NCBI GenBank assembly: GCA_002505695.1
Contig: DAVU01000013.1
Span: forward strand, 27,300 to 91,299
Direction of reading: 5' to 3'
Length of the DNA stretch: 64,000 bases
Source: Euryarchaeota archaeon UBA487
GTDB lineage: Archaea > Thermoplasmatota > Poseidoniia > Poseidoniales > Thalassarchaeaceae
The notes beneath the pieces are model-generated. The model searched no databases. It was not told the DNA's origin and saw nothing but the letters and a program-made list of their open reading frames with translations. Position 1 is the first letter of the stretch; the number at the start of each line of letters is the position of its first letter. Made by a program: the position numbers and the translations under genes. This document shows, piece by piece, positions 45,484 through 54,609 of the stretch.

Positions 45484-46146
45484 ATGGAATTAATCTTGGA
45501 TTCGGCAATAATCGAAGAAGTTGAAGATATTTCGAAGTGGGGTGTTCTCGATGGTGTTACTACGAATCCATCCTTGATTAGGAAATCAGGGAGAGACTTC
45601 GAAGATACAATCAGAAAGATAGCTGAAATTTGTCCCGGACCGATCAGTGCGGAGGTCACGTCTCTTACTGCGAATGAGATGATCGAGGAAGGGATGGATC
45701 TGAAATCTAGGCTCCCAAAAAATGTCATAATCAAGATCCCCTGCACTCCAGATGGCTTGGCAGCGACAAAAGTCCTGTCTGGAAGAGGCATTCCTGTAAA
45801 TGTCACCCTCGTCTTCTCCGTATCACAAGCCCTCCTCTCTGCAAAGGCTGGGGCAGCGTATGTCTCCCCATTCCTTGGGAGATTAGACGACATCGGCCAA
45901 GACGGACTCGAACTAATCGAGGAAATCAGCCAAGTTTGGAGTGCACAGGGAATAAAAAATTGCAAGATTTTGGCAGCTTCAATTAGATCTAGACGTCACG
46001 TAGAGGTTTCGGCAAAGTTGGGAGCGCATGCGGCAACCATCCCATACAACATCTTCACCCAATTAATTCAACACGAGCTCACAGATTCAGGCCTAGACAA
46101 ATTCATGTCCGACTGGGAGGCTGTGAAATCTGAAGGCAGGGCATGA
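45484..46146 (+). CDS. tal: Transaldolase / fructose-6-phosphate aldolase (type 3B)
   Basis: 'MELILDSA...GVTTNPSL', 'IKIPCT.DGL.A...L...GI.VNVTLVFS..QAL.AA.AGA.YVSPF.GRLDD'. Confidence 0.85.
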   Translation: MELILDSAIIEEVEDISKWGVLDGVTTNPSLIRKSGRDFEDTIRKIAEICPGPISAEVTSLTANEMIEEGMDLKSRLPKNVIIKIPCTPDGLAATKVLSGRGIPVNVTLVFSVSQALLSAKAGAAYVSPFLGRLDDIGQDGLELIEEISQVWSAQGIKNCKILAASIRSRRHVEVSAKLGAHAATIPYNIFTQLIQHELTDSGLDKFMSDWEAVKSEGRA

Positions 46147-46692
46147 TCAGTAAACGCCAATGTTGCTAAGTTCTCTGTTGATCGACTCCTCAAAATCTTC
46201 TGGGGTGCCATCATTCATGATCTTGATGTCTGCAAGATCCATCACCAACTTCAAGCCCCAGCCCCATTCTCTTGACTCCCTTTCCTCAAAACCTCCATCA
46301 TCTGATCTTGACCTTTCAATTACCCTCTTTTTTCTCATTTCCTCGGATGCGTCTATTGCGATCACCAGCATTCTGGGGTGCGAAGATTGCAACCTTTCCA
46401 TTTCCTCAATCTGTCGTACTCCGTCTATCACAACATGTGAAACTTGAATTAATTCGTCGACTTGGGGCAAAATCCGTTCCATTATCACCGATGGCCCGAA
46501 TTCATTCCTAAGGTCCTGTGCCACGAAACTCATGATTTTTGCTTCAGGTTCCATTCCCCTCGATTTTACTTCCTCTCTAACGACATCGCCTAACGTAAGG
46601 GCACGCCATCCCTTCTTCTGAAGTATATCGCTGACCTTGCCCTTTCCAGATCCAGGAGGGCCAGCAATTACCAAAACTCGTTTGTCAGACAT
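46147..46692 (-). CDS. UPF0200-type P-loop nucleotide kinase (adenylate/dephospho-CoA-kinase-like)
   Basis: 'VIAGPPGSGKG', 'GDVVREE', 'VIDGVRQIEE', 'R.RSDD'. Confidence 0.6.
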   Translation of the reverse strand: MSDKRVLVIAGPPGSGKGKVSDILQKKGWRALTLGDVVREEVKSRGMEPEAKIMSFVAQDLRNEFGPSVIMERILPQVDELIQVSHVVIDGVRQIEEMERLQSSHPRMLVIAIDASEEMRKKRVIERSRSDDGGFEERESREWGWGLKLVMDLADIKIMNDGTPEDFEESINRELSNIGVY

Positions 46693-46732
46693 ATCTGCGT
46701 TGTATCAGTGATGGCTATTGATTGTCACGCCT

Positions 46733-47560
46733 CTATCTTCCCTTCCATTTAGGTTTCTTCTTCGAGAGGAAGGCCTCAACTCCAATTGAAGAGTCCTCGG
46801 TGTCAAAAAGCGCGACGAATTCCGACCTTTCTGCAAGTATCCCCTGAGTTAGTGGGAGATCCAAGGACGATCTGATTGCCCTCTTCGCTACTTTAACAGT
46901 GTATGGAGATTTTTGTGCGATTCTGCTGGCTAGGGAAATAACCTCTTCTCTCAATTTTGTCGATGGATAAACCGAATTGACCAACCCAATTTCTAATGCT
47001 CTGGTAGCCGGAACCATCTCCCCGGTAAGAATCATCTCCATTGAGATTCCATATCCTACTAGGTTTGTCAATCGCTGAGTTCCACCGCCACCCGGTATCA
47101 ATCCAAGATTAATTTCTGGTTGCCCGAAATTTGAGTCCTCGGATGCCATTCGTATGTCGCATGACAGGGCTAATTCAGTTCCGCCACCTAGTGCATACCC
47201 ATCAATCATCGCAATCGTCGGCTTTGTGAGATTCCAGACTTTTTCCCATGCATTATTTTCGAAGAAAGGCCTCACATCATCCGAGCCCTGTCCCGAGAAC
47301 TCCGAGATATCTGCTCCAGCTGCGAAAGCCTTGGGCTTCGGTCGTTCATCTCCCGGATCTGATTGTGCTCCGGTGATCACGATAACTCGAACTGAATCGT
47401 CAGATTCTGCTTTGTCACATGCTTGTATCAATTCTTTGTGAGTAGCTCTGTTGAGGGCATTCAGCCGATTTGGGCGATTCAGTGTCCAGATTTCTATGCA
47501 ACCACCTGCTGGATTTGTAGAAACATCAATCCTCTCGACGTTGACGAGATCCTCTGTCAT
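46733..47560 (-). CDS. Enoyl-CoA hydratase
   Basis: 'VIVITG...AFAAGADI', 'TIAMIDGYALGGGTELALSCDIRMA', 'QPEINLGLIPGGGGTQRL'. Confidence 0.8.
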   Translation of the reverse strand: MTEDLVNVERIDVSTNPAGGCIEIWTLNRPNRLNALNRATHKELIQACDKAESDDSVRVIVITGAQSDPGDERPKPKAFAAGADISEFSGQGSDDVRPFFENNAWEKVWNLTKPTIAMIDGYALGGGTELALSCDIRMASEDSNFGQPEINLGLIPGGGGTQRLTNLVGYGISMEMILTGEMVPATRALEIGLVNSVYPSTKLREEVISLASRIAQKSPYTVKVAKRAIRSSLDLPLTQGILAERSEFVALFDTEDSSIGVEAFLSKKKPKWKGR

Positions 47561-47602
47561 GACCCCCCGTGTACCACCTCACAGTTCAACCTCTCCATTG
47601 TT

Positions 47603-48439
47603 TCAGGATATGGGAGGTGGGGGGGGAGGCAAACCAGATGGGGGGGGTGGTGGAGGAGGATCTGGCTCCGCATCCGAGTCCTCAGAAGCTTCGGAGATTT
47701 CCACAACCGAATCTTCATTGTTCATATTGTTGTGCTCGAAAGGTATCTCTCTGTTGACCTTGAGGATTTTCTGGTCATCCAATCTAACAAAAGTCGATCC
47801 TATGACACCATTTGAGATACTAGAATAGTCGTAATTCAGTATCTTCAAACCATGATGTGTGTTTTTGACCAGCTCATCGAGTCCTTCTCCATCCTCCCTA
47901 TCAGCCCATTCCCTGAGTCGCCTAGTTCTCATTGGAGCGAGGGCCTTTCTCCTGTCTCTCTCGATCTTGTCTCTAATTTCGGATCTACGTTCCCTTCTAG
48001 TTTCGACAAACAGCTCCACTTCGTCTTCAAATTCGGTCTGAGCATCGCTTGATACTGCATATTTCTCCGCTACCCTAGGGGAGTCGCTAGCCTTGGACTC
48101 GCCTTGACTGGGTTGCTCTTTCACAGTAGGTTCGTCAATCTCATTCGACTTATTTTCCATTGGTGTCTTGCTGGTGATGGTCTCCTCCGTCGTGTTGTAC
48201 GTCATCGAGGAACTTTCCGCCAAAGATGAGACTGGGGCCGGATCTGCTTGATATCGCGAAATTGGGGCGACAATTTGTTGTTTGGGCTTACCGGTGAATA
48301 GAAGGATGGACATCAATGAAAGAATTGTAGTGGCGCCTGCTATTCTAGTAATGGGCGTTAGTGACCCCTGTAGGATGAGAAATACAGGCGATCCCAAGAG
48401 GAATAATGCCCAGATCAATAGACGGGGGATTGACGCCAT
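47603..48439 (-). CDS. Hypothetical membrane protein with acidic middle and C-terminal polyproline tail
   Basis: Two N-terminal TM helices and an Glu/Asp/Arg-rich centre. C-terminus 'PDPPPPPPPSGLPPPPPPIS', encoded by two G8 runs on the + strand. Confidence 0.5.
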   Translation of the reverse strand: MASIPRLLIWALFLLGSPVFLILQGSLTPITRIAGATTILSLMSILLFTGKPKQQIVAPISRYQADPAPVSSLAESSSMTYNTTEETITSKTPMENKSNEIDEPTVKEQPSQGESKASDSPRVAEKYAVSSDAQTEFEDEVELFVETRRERRSEIRDKIERDRRKALAPMRTRRLREWADREDGEGLDELVKNTHHGLKILNYDYSSISNGVIGSTFVRLDDQKILKVNREIPFEHNNMNNEDSVVEISEASEDSDAEPDPPPPPPPSGLPPPPPPIS

Positions 48440-48465
48440 GTGCCAACCACGCTGGCAGTAGATAT

Positions 48466-49074
48466 TCAGATTGACGGAACTAATATTGCATCAGACAGGA
48501 TATTTAGCGCATTTGCTCTGTGCGAAAGCCTCGATTTCTCAAGTTTCGTCATCTCAGAGAAAGTACGGCCATCTCCCTCGATTGGTATGAAAATTGGGTC
48601 ATATCCAAAACCTTGATCACCTTTAGGTTCAAACGCTATGATTCCCTCACAAAATCCTTCAAAGGACTGGATTTCATTACCGTTCCAGACAGACAAGGAG
48701 GCTGTATATCTGGCATTCCTAGTTTCCACTCCATCCATCAGCCTGAGTATTCCATTCGGCCCAATCCTAGAATAGACGTAGGAGGAATAAGGGCCTGGAA
48801 AACCGCCGAATTCATCTATCAAGAGACCAGAGTCTTCAACCATTATCCAATCATCATCGAACTCATCTCCAATTTGTTCCAACACTTGTCTAAGTTTTGA
48901 CGTTGCAACTTCATTGAAGGCATTCATCTGGGGCTCTATAACACGAATTCCAGATTTATGATCGCTGAGTAGTTCTAGCCTTATCCCTCTTGATATCATC
49001 AATTCGCTTGCTTCTAGAAATTTGCCTTTGTTCCCGGTGTGAAAGAGAATCCGCTTTGGCGTTGAATCAAGCAT
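48466..49074 (-). CDS. rdgB: Non-canonical purine NTP pyrophosphatase (RdgB/HAM1)
   Basis: 'ILFHTGNKGKF.E', 'EDSGL.ID...G.PG.YS', 'GFGYDPIF', 'K...SHR..AL'. Confidence 0.8.
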   Translation of the reverse strand: MLDSTPKRILFHTGNKGKFLEASELMISRGIRLELLSDHKSGIRVIEPQMNAFNEVATSKLRQVLEQIGDEFDDDWIMVEDSGLLIDEFGGFPGPYSSYVYSRIGPNGILRLMDGVETRNARYTASLSVWNGNEIQSFEGFCEGIIAFEPKGDQGFGYDPIFIPIEGDGRTFSEMTKLEKSRLSHRANALNILSDAILVPSI

Positions 49075-49753
49075 GATACCTCACCCTGCCCCTTATTGAT
49101 TCGAATCGATCTACTACCGATTTACCATCAAAACCATCTGAATCAGGATCTAGAAGATATCCTTGAATGACTTTATTCATGGCCTTTGGTCGATCAGAAT
49201 GATGTGCTGATAGACATTCATGAAGAGAATGTAAGTCAAGCCCGAAGTGCTCCATTTCTGCCACTAGCCTTCCCAGGCCATAGTCGATCAAAACAACTCC
49301 ATCCAGGGTGACTATCGCGTTCAGTGTTGTTAAATCACCATGGGATATTCCCTGTGAATGGACAGATCTCAGAGATTTTCCTAGCTCAACCTCCAGATCT
49401 CCTTCGGCTCCGTCCATCAAAGCGGATAGTAAGGTCGGGCCTATTACCTCACTCATAATTATCCAGCCCTCTTCTTGATCCATGGACAGGAGTTTGGGGG
49501 CTAGAATTCCTCTTTCATTCAAGCGAGCGAGGATCCTAGACTCTGCAAAGATTCTCTGCCTTGACAAAGTTCTATCGAGTTTTGGATGCCTGTATCCCCT
49601 GGAAACTCTCTTTTTCAGGATGGCTGGCCTACCGATCCATGATCCAGAAACCACCTCGGCTTCTGCCCCTACATGGATCACGGCGGCCGAGGCCCATGGT
49701 GACCAAATCCCGTGCGGCATGACCAAGCCTAGATTAGATGGCTTGAAAGGCAT
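49067..49753 (-). CDS. bud32: Bud32-type atypical protein kinase (KEOPS subunit)
   Basis: 'GAEAEV', 'ILKKR..RGYRHP.LD..L...R...E..IL', 'HGDLTTLN', 'LIDYGL'. The N-terminus is trimmed (Met39) because the long ORF overlaps the nadA start. Confidence 0.65.
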   Translation of the reverse strand: MPFKPSNLGLVMPHGIWSPWASAAVIHVGAEAEVVSGSWIGRPAILKKRVSRGYRHPKLDRTLSRQRIFAESRILARLNERGILAPKLLSMDQEEGWIIMSEVIGPTLLSALMDGAEGDLEVELGKSLRSVHSQGISHGDLTTLNAIVTLDGVVLIDYGLGRLVAEMEHFGLDLHSLHECLSAHHSDRPKAMNKVIQGYLLDPDSDGFDGKSVVDRFESIRGRVRYHA

Positions 49754-49835
49754 TGCACTCTGGAGTACCACCGTTGAGATGACGATGAGGTTGCCCCCTA
49801 TCCCTCTGAGGCCTAAAATAAGCGAGGCGTTGGAG

Positions 49836-50867
49836 ATGAATGATGAGGAGCTGACTGCAGAGGCCAATCGGTTGATGTCACGTATAGGTCAGAAAATGAG
49901 ATGGTCCTATGATGCCTGCAGGACAATTGCACCATTGACTCTCAGAATCAACCAACTCAAAGAACAGAAAGACGTAATCATAATCGCGCACACGTATCAA
50001 ACACCAGACATAGTTTATGGCGTGGCAGATGCAGTTGGAGACAGCTACACCTTGTCGAAGATAGCAAGAGATGCGCCGCAATCGACAATTCTGTTTTCAA
50101 GCGTCCGATTTATGGCAGAGACCGCCAAAATTCTCAGTCCTGAAAAGAGAGTCATCCACCCATCTCCAGAAGCTGGGTGCTCGTTGTCTGAAGGGATTGA
50201 CGCCTCAGATGTTCAAGCCATGAAAGCCTCCTATCCAGGGGTTCCGGTGGCCTGCTACATCAACACCACGGCAGCAGTCAAGGCTGAGTGTGATGTATGT
50301 GTCACTAGTAGCAATTACCTAGCTATCGCGGAGAAACTCCCCGGAGACGAAATCATCTTTGTCCCCGATAGATTGATGGGGCTCCATTTGAAGAAGCATC
50401 TCGAGGGTAGGAAGACAGTTTACCTCCATGATGCGGATTGCGAAGTTCACGCTGCATTCTCCTCGGATTCCATTCATCGCCAGAGGAGGGAGGCTGAAAA
50501 GAGGGGGTTGCAATTGAAAGTACTCGCCCACCCGGAGTGCGACTCCGAGGTCCTAGAGGCCAGTGACTTCGTTGGAAGTTCAGAAAGGATACTTACAGAG
50601 GCAAAGAAGCTAGGGGTCCAAGATGGAATTGCTGTCATGATGATTACGGAATGCGGGACGGCAGAGCGGGCAATAGCAGAATCAGAGGCTCCAATCGAGC
50701 TGATGGGGTCCTGCTCTATGTGCAGACACATGAAAAGGACTCACTTGGAAGACATACTACAGGCTATTGAATCCCCCACCAGCGATCAAATTGTCGAGAT
50801 CGAGGACTCCATTATTCAAAAAGCGAGGGTTTCATTGGATCAGATGTTCGCACTCTCCGATGCTTGA
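49836..50867 (+). CDS. nadA: Quinolinate synthase
   Basis: 'IIAHTYQTPDIVYGVADAVGDSYTLS', 'VRFMAETAKIL', 'CSL', 'VLAHPEC', 'ITECG', 'CSMCRHMK'. The start is moved to Met119 of the listed ORF. Confidence 0.85.
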   Translation: MNDEELTAEANRLMSRIGQKMRWSYDACRTIAPLTLRINQLKEQKDVIIIAHTYQTPDIVYGVADAVGDSYTLSKIARDAPQSTILFSSVRFMAETAKILSPEKRVIHPSPEAGCSLSEGIDASDVQAMKASYPGVPVACYINTTAAVKAECDVCVTSSNYLAIAEKLPGDEIIFVPDRLMGLHLKKHLEGRKTVYLHDADCEVHAAFSSDSIHRQRREAEKRGLQLKVLAHPECDSEVLEASDFVGSSERILTEAKKLGVQDGIAVMMITECGTAERAIAESEAPIELMGSCSMCRHMKRTHLEDILQAIESPTSDQIVEIEDSIIQKARVSLDQMFALSDA

Positions 50868-52996
50868 TTATTCCTGCTTTCTGTGGCAGTTTGGACTGTC
50901 CAGACCATCAGTAGGGGGACCAAAATCACCACAGCAGCTTGGAGCAGGATCCTAGAGTAAGGCTCGAATGTGTCTTCCATGTCGTATATCTCCAGTATAG
51001 GATCATCATCACCTGTTGTGACTAGCCAGGCGGCTCCGATGGAAACCACTCTCGGGTCCTGATGGACTGATGCTGACCCTGAGGTAAGACTCACAGGGGG
51101 GAGGTTAGGGGTCGAACGGTCAAAAAGATACACATCATTGTACAAATCCAATTCCTCGATCTCAGATGGAGCAAACGCGGTTATCTGCAGATAGACCAAT
51201 TTCTCAGAGGTCAAGTGGGGGCTCCAAGCATCCCAAGCAGGCTCTGAGATAATCTCCGAGCTCCCCATTATTCTGTCAATCAAAACAATCCTTCTCATCG
51301 CTCCAACATCCACAGTCACTGCTATTGAGGGTCCATCTGCCGAAATTTCTGTTATTGATCCATTTCTAGGGTCTAGATCAATCCCTGCCTCTCTCAGCCC
51401 CTCCTCCGTTTCCTCGTCCGATGATGCATTGACGAAGTAACTCTGGCGAGTTTCGGTTGATACGGAAAAGATGCTCAATTCTGGTCCATCACCGCGATCC
51501 GCCGCCCAAATGATGGAATCCCCTGCGACGGTCAAAGCAGTCACGTTCTGTGCGTCATCTATGATTGTCAGACCACCTCCATATGGATTTCTGACTTCGA
51601 TGCCATTTGAGTTTAGTAATGCCACATATGAAACCCCATCCAGGGTAGTCCCTATCCCAAGATCGTGGATACTGTAAGACATGTCGTTCCTGACTTCTGG
51701 AGAAATCACTCCAGAAGAAGAGTCAATTTCGAACCAATCGTATCTGAATCCGTCGTAGATCACCATCCTCTCCCCAGAGATTTCTATTGATGGGGGTGAA
51801 GGCCATGGTGCGCCACCGACCTTGAATGAGGTTGATGTACTGAGGTTCCACGCTATTATTGCTGTATCCTCATCAGCCGTTTCGTTAATTGCGATCATCC
51901 ATTCTCCTTCGCCGGTAGCCTCTGATGGGACTTCCACGCCTTCCAACGGGAATGACTGATGTGTGGCGTCGTAAACCAGTATTGTGGTTGTTAGGAAGAG
52001 AACTGTGACGATTGCGACAGAAGTTTGTTTTCTGGAAGCTTGCCTGTAAGGCTCAACGGTTCTTTGGATAATTCTCCTCATTTTTCTCAATGCCAACCTA
52101 GGGTTGTCGACTAACAAAGCAAATCTCCGACCAATCAACCTTTCATCGAAAACTCCCCAAACGCCCTCTCTGGTTTTGTCAGCCAGAAGAACGGCAAAAT
52201 GGGCTATGATGAGACCTCCCAGCACGTCTGATATCCAGTGGATGCCGAGGTACACTATGCTGAATGCGGTGAGGAAAATGAATGCAAGAAGTGCCATGGA
52301 AAACCTGTGCCACCTCCCATCCTCGTCCCACTTCACGAAGGCTAGCCATATTGCGAATGGCATGCCGATGTGCAGGCTGGGCATTCCATTAGTGAACGGA
52401 TCGATTTGGACAAACCAGTTCCTTATCTCTGGAGTTAAATCATAAGCGAGAGTTTCCATTCCTGGGATTACATCGCCTGTGACTCTGACATTCAAGAATA
52501 AGTAAAACGGCAATGCTAGTATGTATACGTAGAACATGGTGAGCGCGATTCTGTCAGCCATGTACCTGTCGTCTGCATATATTGGATAGATGAAGGCTGA
52601 GAATATTGCGGTCATGTATCCCATGACATAAAAGTGGGTTAGTACCTCAGTTAGTAGCTCTGATTTGAATCCGGTCTGAACCCATAGTGTCACGTCCCCC
52701 TCTATGGCGTATATGTAGGGTGTTATCTCTATCCTCGTGCTGGCCATCAGGGCCCGATCAATCTGATCAAGAGGATCTTTCCACAGGTATACAGAGAAGA
52801 CAATTAGCATATGGAACCAGTACCTCCTAAACATGTCGACGTACGCACTCCAAGAGTGTCTGACGAATCGAGGCCTAAGGAGTGGCATCAAAGCCACGCT
52901 ACAGAGAATTGCGGCTGTGACCCATGTCAGATAAATGCCCGTCTGTGCCATAATATGATCCATCCGAGTCGCATACACGTCATGAATGAAACCCAT
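50840..52996 (-). CDS. Multi-TM PAP2-superfamily (PAP2_C/IPC-synthase-like) domain fused to an extracytoplasmic beta-propeller-like domain, with C-terminal TM
   Basis: 'MPSLHIGMPF' and 'GIHWISDVLGGLIIAH' resemble PAP2 C2/C3 motifs (SxH ... HxxxD). About 350 aa are rich in short beta-strand repeats. Terminal helix 'ILLQAAVVILVPLLMVW'. Confidence 0.5.
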   Translation of the reverse strand: MGFIHDVYATRMDHIMAQTGIYLTWVTAAILCSVALMPLLRPRFVRHSWSAYVDMFRRYWFHMLIVFSVYLWKDPLDQIDRALMASTRIEITPYIYAIEGDVTLWVQTGFKSELLTEVLTHFYVMGYMTAIFSAFIYPIYADDRYMADRIALTMFYVYILALPFYLFLNVRVTGDVIPGMETLAYDLTPEIRNWFVQIDPFTNGMPSLHIGMPFAIWLAFVKWDEDGRWHRFSMALLAFIFLTAFSIVYLGIHWISDVLGGLIIAHFAVLLADKTREGVWGVFDERLIGRRFALLVDNPRLALRKMRRIIQRTVEPYRQASRKQTSVAIVTVLFLTTTILVYDATHQSFPLEGVEVPSEATGEGEWMIAINETADEDTAIIAWNLSTSTSFKVGGAPWPSPPSIEISGERMVIYDGFRYDWFEIDSSSGVISPEVRNDMSYSIHDLGIGTTLDGVSYVALLNSNGIEVRNPYGGGLTIIDDAQNVTALTVAGDSIIWAADRGDGPELSIFSVSTETRQSYFVNASSDEETEEGLREAGIDLDPRNGSITEISADGPSIAVTVDVGAMRRIVLIDRIMGSSEIISEPAWDAWSPHLTSEKLVYLQITAFAPSEIEELDLYNDVYLFDRSTPNLPPVSLTSGSASVHQDPRVVSIGAAWLVTTGDDDPILEIYDMEDTFEPYSRILLQAAVVILVPLLMVWTVQTATESRNNQASESANI

Positions 52997-53005
52997 ACTA
53001 CGAGA

Positions 53006-54019
53006 TCATCTGATGTTTACAGCAGTTCTATTTCCAGATTCTACGATATCCATGACCTTGTCAACAACTTGGACGAATGATTTAGCCGTCACTCCATCAG
53101 GCTCTGCGACGATCCTATGCACTCCGTCATCGCCTCCTCTCACGATGCCTGGATCAAATGGTATGGATCCGAGATAAGGCACTTCTAGATCTTCCGCGGC
53201 CTTTTGTCCGCCTCCTGATTTGAACAAATCTAACACTGTAGCCCATTTGCCATCCTCATCAGTGGATACTTCTATGCTCATTCCACCAGGCCCGTCAATC
53301 GTCAGGTCTGACCCTGGGGGCGCGGTTCCAGACAATGAGTATCCACTCATGTTCTCGACAACCCCTATTACTGGAAGTGAAACAGTCTTTGCGAAATTGA
53401 TCGATTTTCTGCTGTCCAGTAGGGCAACCTCTTGGGGGGTGGTTACTATAACGACACCATCGATCCCAGGGAGGCTCTGCGAGACCGTCAGTGGTTCGTC
53501 GCTGGTCCCAGGTGGGAAATCAATTATCAGGGCATCTAGACTACCCCATGCCACGTCTCCGATAAATTGCTGGATAGCTCCCAATTTTATCGGGCCCCTC
53601 CAGATCACAGGTTTGTCTGGATCCTCGATAAGGAATGCCATGGATATGATCTTGATGCCCTCAGGCCCTATGGCAGGGAAAATTTGTCCTTCCTCGACGT
53701 GTAATTCTGCATCCTCCAATCCCATCATTTTTGGAATATTAGGACCAGTTATGTCAATATCCATAATGCCAACAGACATCCCTCTACGGGCGAGAGTCAG
53801 TGCCAGTCCTGCTGAGACTGTGGACTTCCCTACTCCCCCCTTGCCCGAGAGGACCATGATTTTGTGCTTGATGGACTTGTCCATTTGTTCCATGCGCATC
53901 TTTCTCCGCATCTGTGCATATGCTTGTTCCATCTGTGCGGTTTGTTCAGATGTAGCAGAATTCTCGTCATCCTTGGGAGGTGAATTTCCAGAGTGGTAGG
54001 AAACAGGTCCACTAGCCAT
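53006..54019 (-). CDS. Mrp/NBP35/ApbC-family Fe-S cluster carrier ATPase
   Basis: Deviant Walker A 'VLSGKGGVGKSTVS', 'IMDIDITGPNIP', 'LIIDFPPGTSDE'. Confidence 0.85.
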   Translation of the reverse strand: MASGPVSYHSGNSPPKDDENSATSEQTAQMEQAYAQMRRKMRMEQMDKSIKHKIMVLSGKGGVGKSTVSAGLALTLARRGMSVGIMDIDITGPNIPKMMGLEDAELHVEEGQIFPAIGPEGIKIISMAFLIEDPDKPVIWRGPIKLGAIQQFIGDVAWGSLDALIIDFPPGTSDEPLTVSQSLPGIDGVVIVTTPQEVALLDSRKSINFAKTVSLPVIGVVENMSGYSLSGTAPPGSDLTIDGPGGMSIEVSTDEDGKWATVLDLFKSGGGQKAAEDLEVPYLGSIPFDPGIVRGGDDGVHRIVAEPDGVTAKSFVQVVDKVMDIVESGNRTAVNIR

Positions 54020-54114
54020 GCTGTATGGAATAGCTCCAGATACTTGAAATTGAGTCTAATCGATCAGCAGACTATAGACGTGATGTTCAATAAGTAAACC
54101 ACAGAATTCACGTC

Positions 54115-54471
54115 ATGAGGATGCTTTTCGTGTGCGTGGGGAACTCTTGCAGAAGTCAAATGGCTGAGTCCATAGCCAATTCACTCGGTCATGATGCGTT
54201 TTCAGCCGGAACGGAACCCTCAACTGAGGTCTCAAAAAACGCAATTTTAGTTCTTCAGGAGCAAGGGTATCCAACCCAAGGATTGGCTCCAAAATCCATT
54301 GACGATCTTTTCCCAGGAGATTTTGATCTAATTATCAGTATGGGATGTGGAGTCTCTTGCCCCAATGTCCCTATTGACCATGACTGGGGCCTGGATGATC
54401 CGGTTGGTGGATCCATTGAAATCTTCAGGCAAACAAGAGACGAGATTTTGAAACTGATTCAGGCAATATAA
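54115..54471 (+). CDS. arsC: Low-molecular-weight phosphatase-type arsenate reductase / LMW-PTP
   Basis: Active-site 'FVCVGNSCRSQMAE' (CX5R-S). Confidence 0.7.
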   Translation: MRMLFVCVGNSCRSQMAESIANSLGHDAFSAGTEPSTEVSKNAILVLQEQGYPTQGLAPKSIDDLFPGDFDLIISMGCGVSCPNVPIDHDWGLDDPVGGSIEIFRQTRDEILKLIQAI

Positions 54472-54524
54472 CTGGATTGATTGACCGACGGATAGAAAAG
54501 GCGGACTTGCCAGACATCCCTGCT

Positions 54525-54599
54525 GCGAGCGTAGTGTAGTGGTTATCACCTGGCGTTGCCAACGCTAGAACCCGGGTTCAAATCCCGGCGCTCGCACCA
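54525..54599 (+). tRNA. tRNA-Gly (anticodon GCC), CCA encoded
   Basis: Acceptor GCGAGCG/CGCTCGC, anticodon stem TGGCG/CGCTA with loop TTGCCAA, T-arm CCGGG-TTCAAAT-CCCGG, then A-CCA. Followed by a T6 run. Confidence 0.9.
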
Positions 54600-54605
54600 T
54601 TTTTT
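54600..54605 (+). terminator. Oligo-T tract after the tRNA
   Basis: TTTTTT lies immediately 3' of the CCA end. Archaeal termination commonly occurs at oligo-T. Confidence 0.4.
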
Positions 54606-54609
54606 CCGA

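Noticed and set aside
45444-45965. 173-aa minus-strand ORF
   Set aside because: It is antisense to the strongly supported transaldolase gene.
49754-49867. N-terminal 38 codons of the listed Bud32 ORF and first 118 codons of the listed nadA ORF (49482-49835)
   Set aside because: The two long ORFs overlap head-to-head by about 390 nt. The extensions lack family similarity, and trimming both to internal Met codons gives proteins of canonical length separated by an 82-nt divergent promoter region.
53220-53999. 259-aa plus-strand ORF
   Set aside because: It is entirely antisense to the Mrp/ApbC gene, which has clear Walker A and family motifs. It is Ser/Pro/Ile-rich with no recognisable domain.
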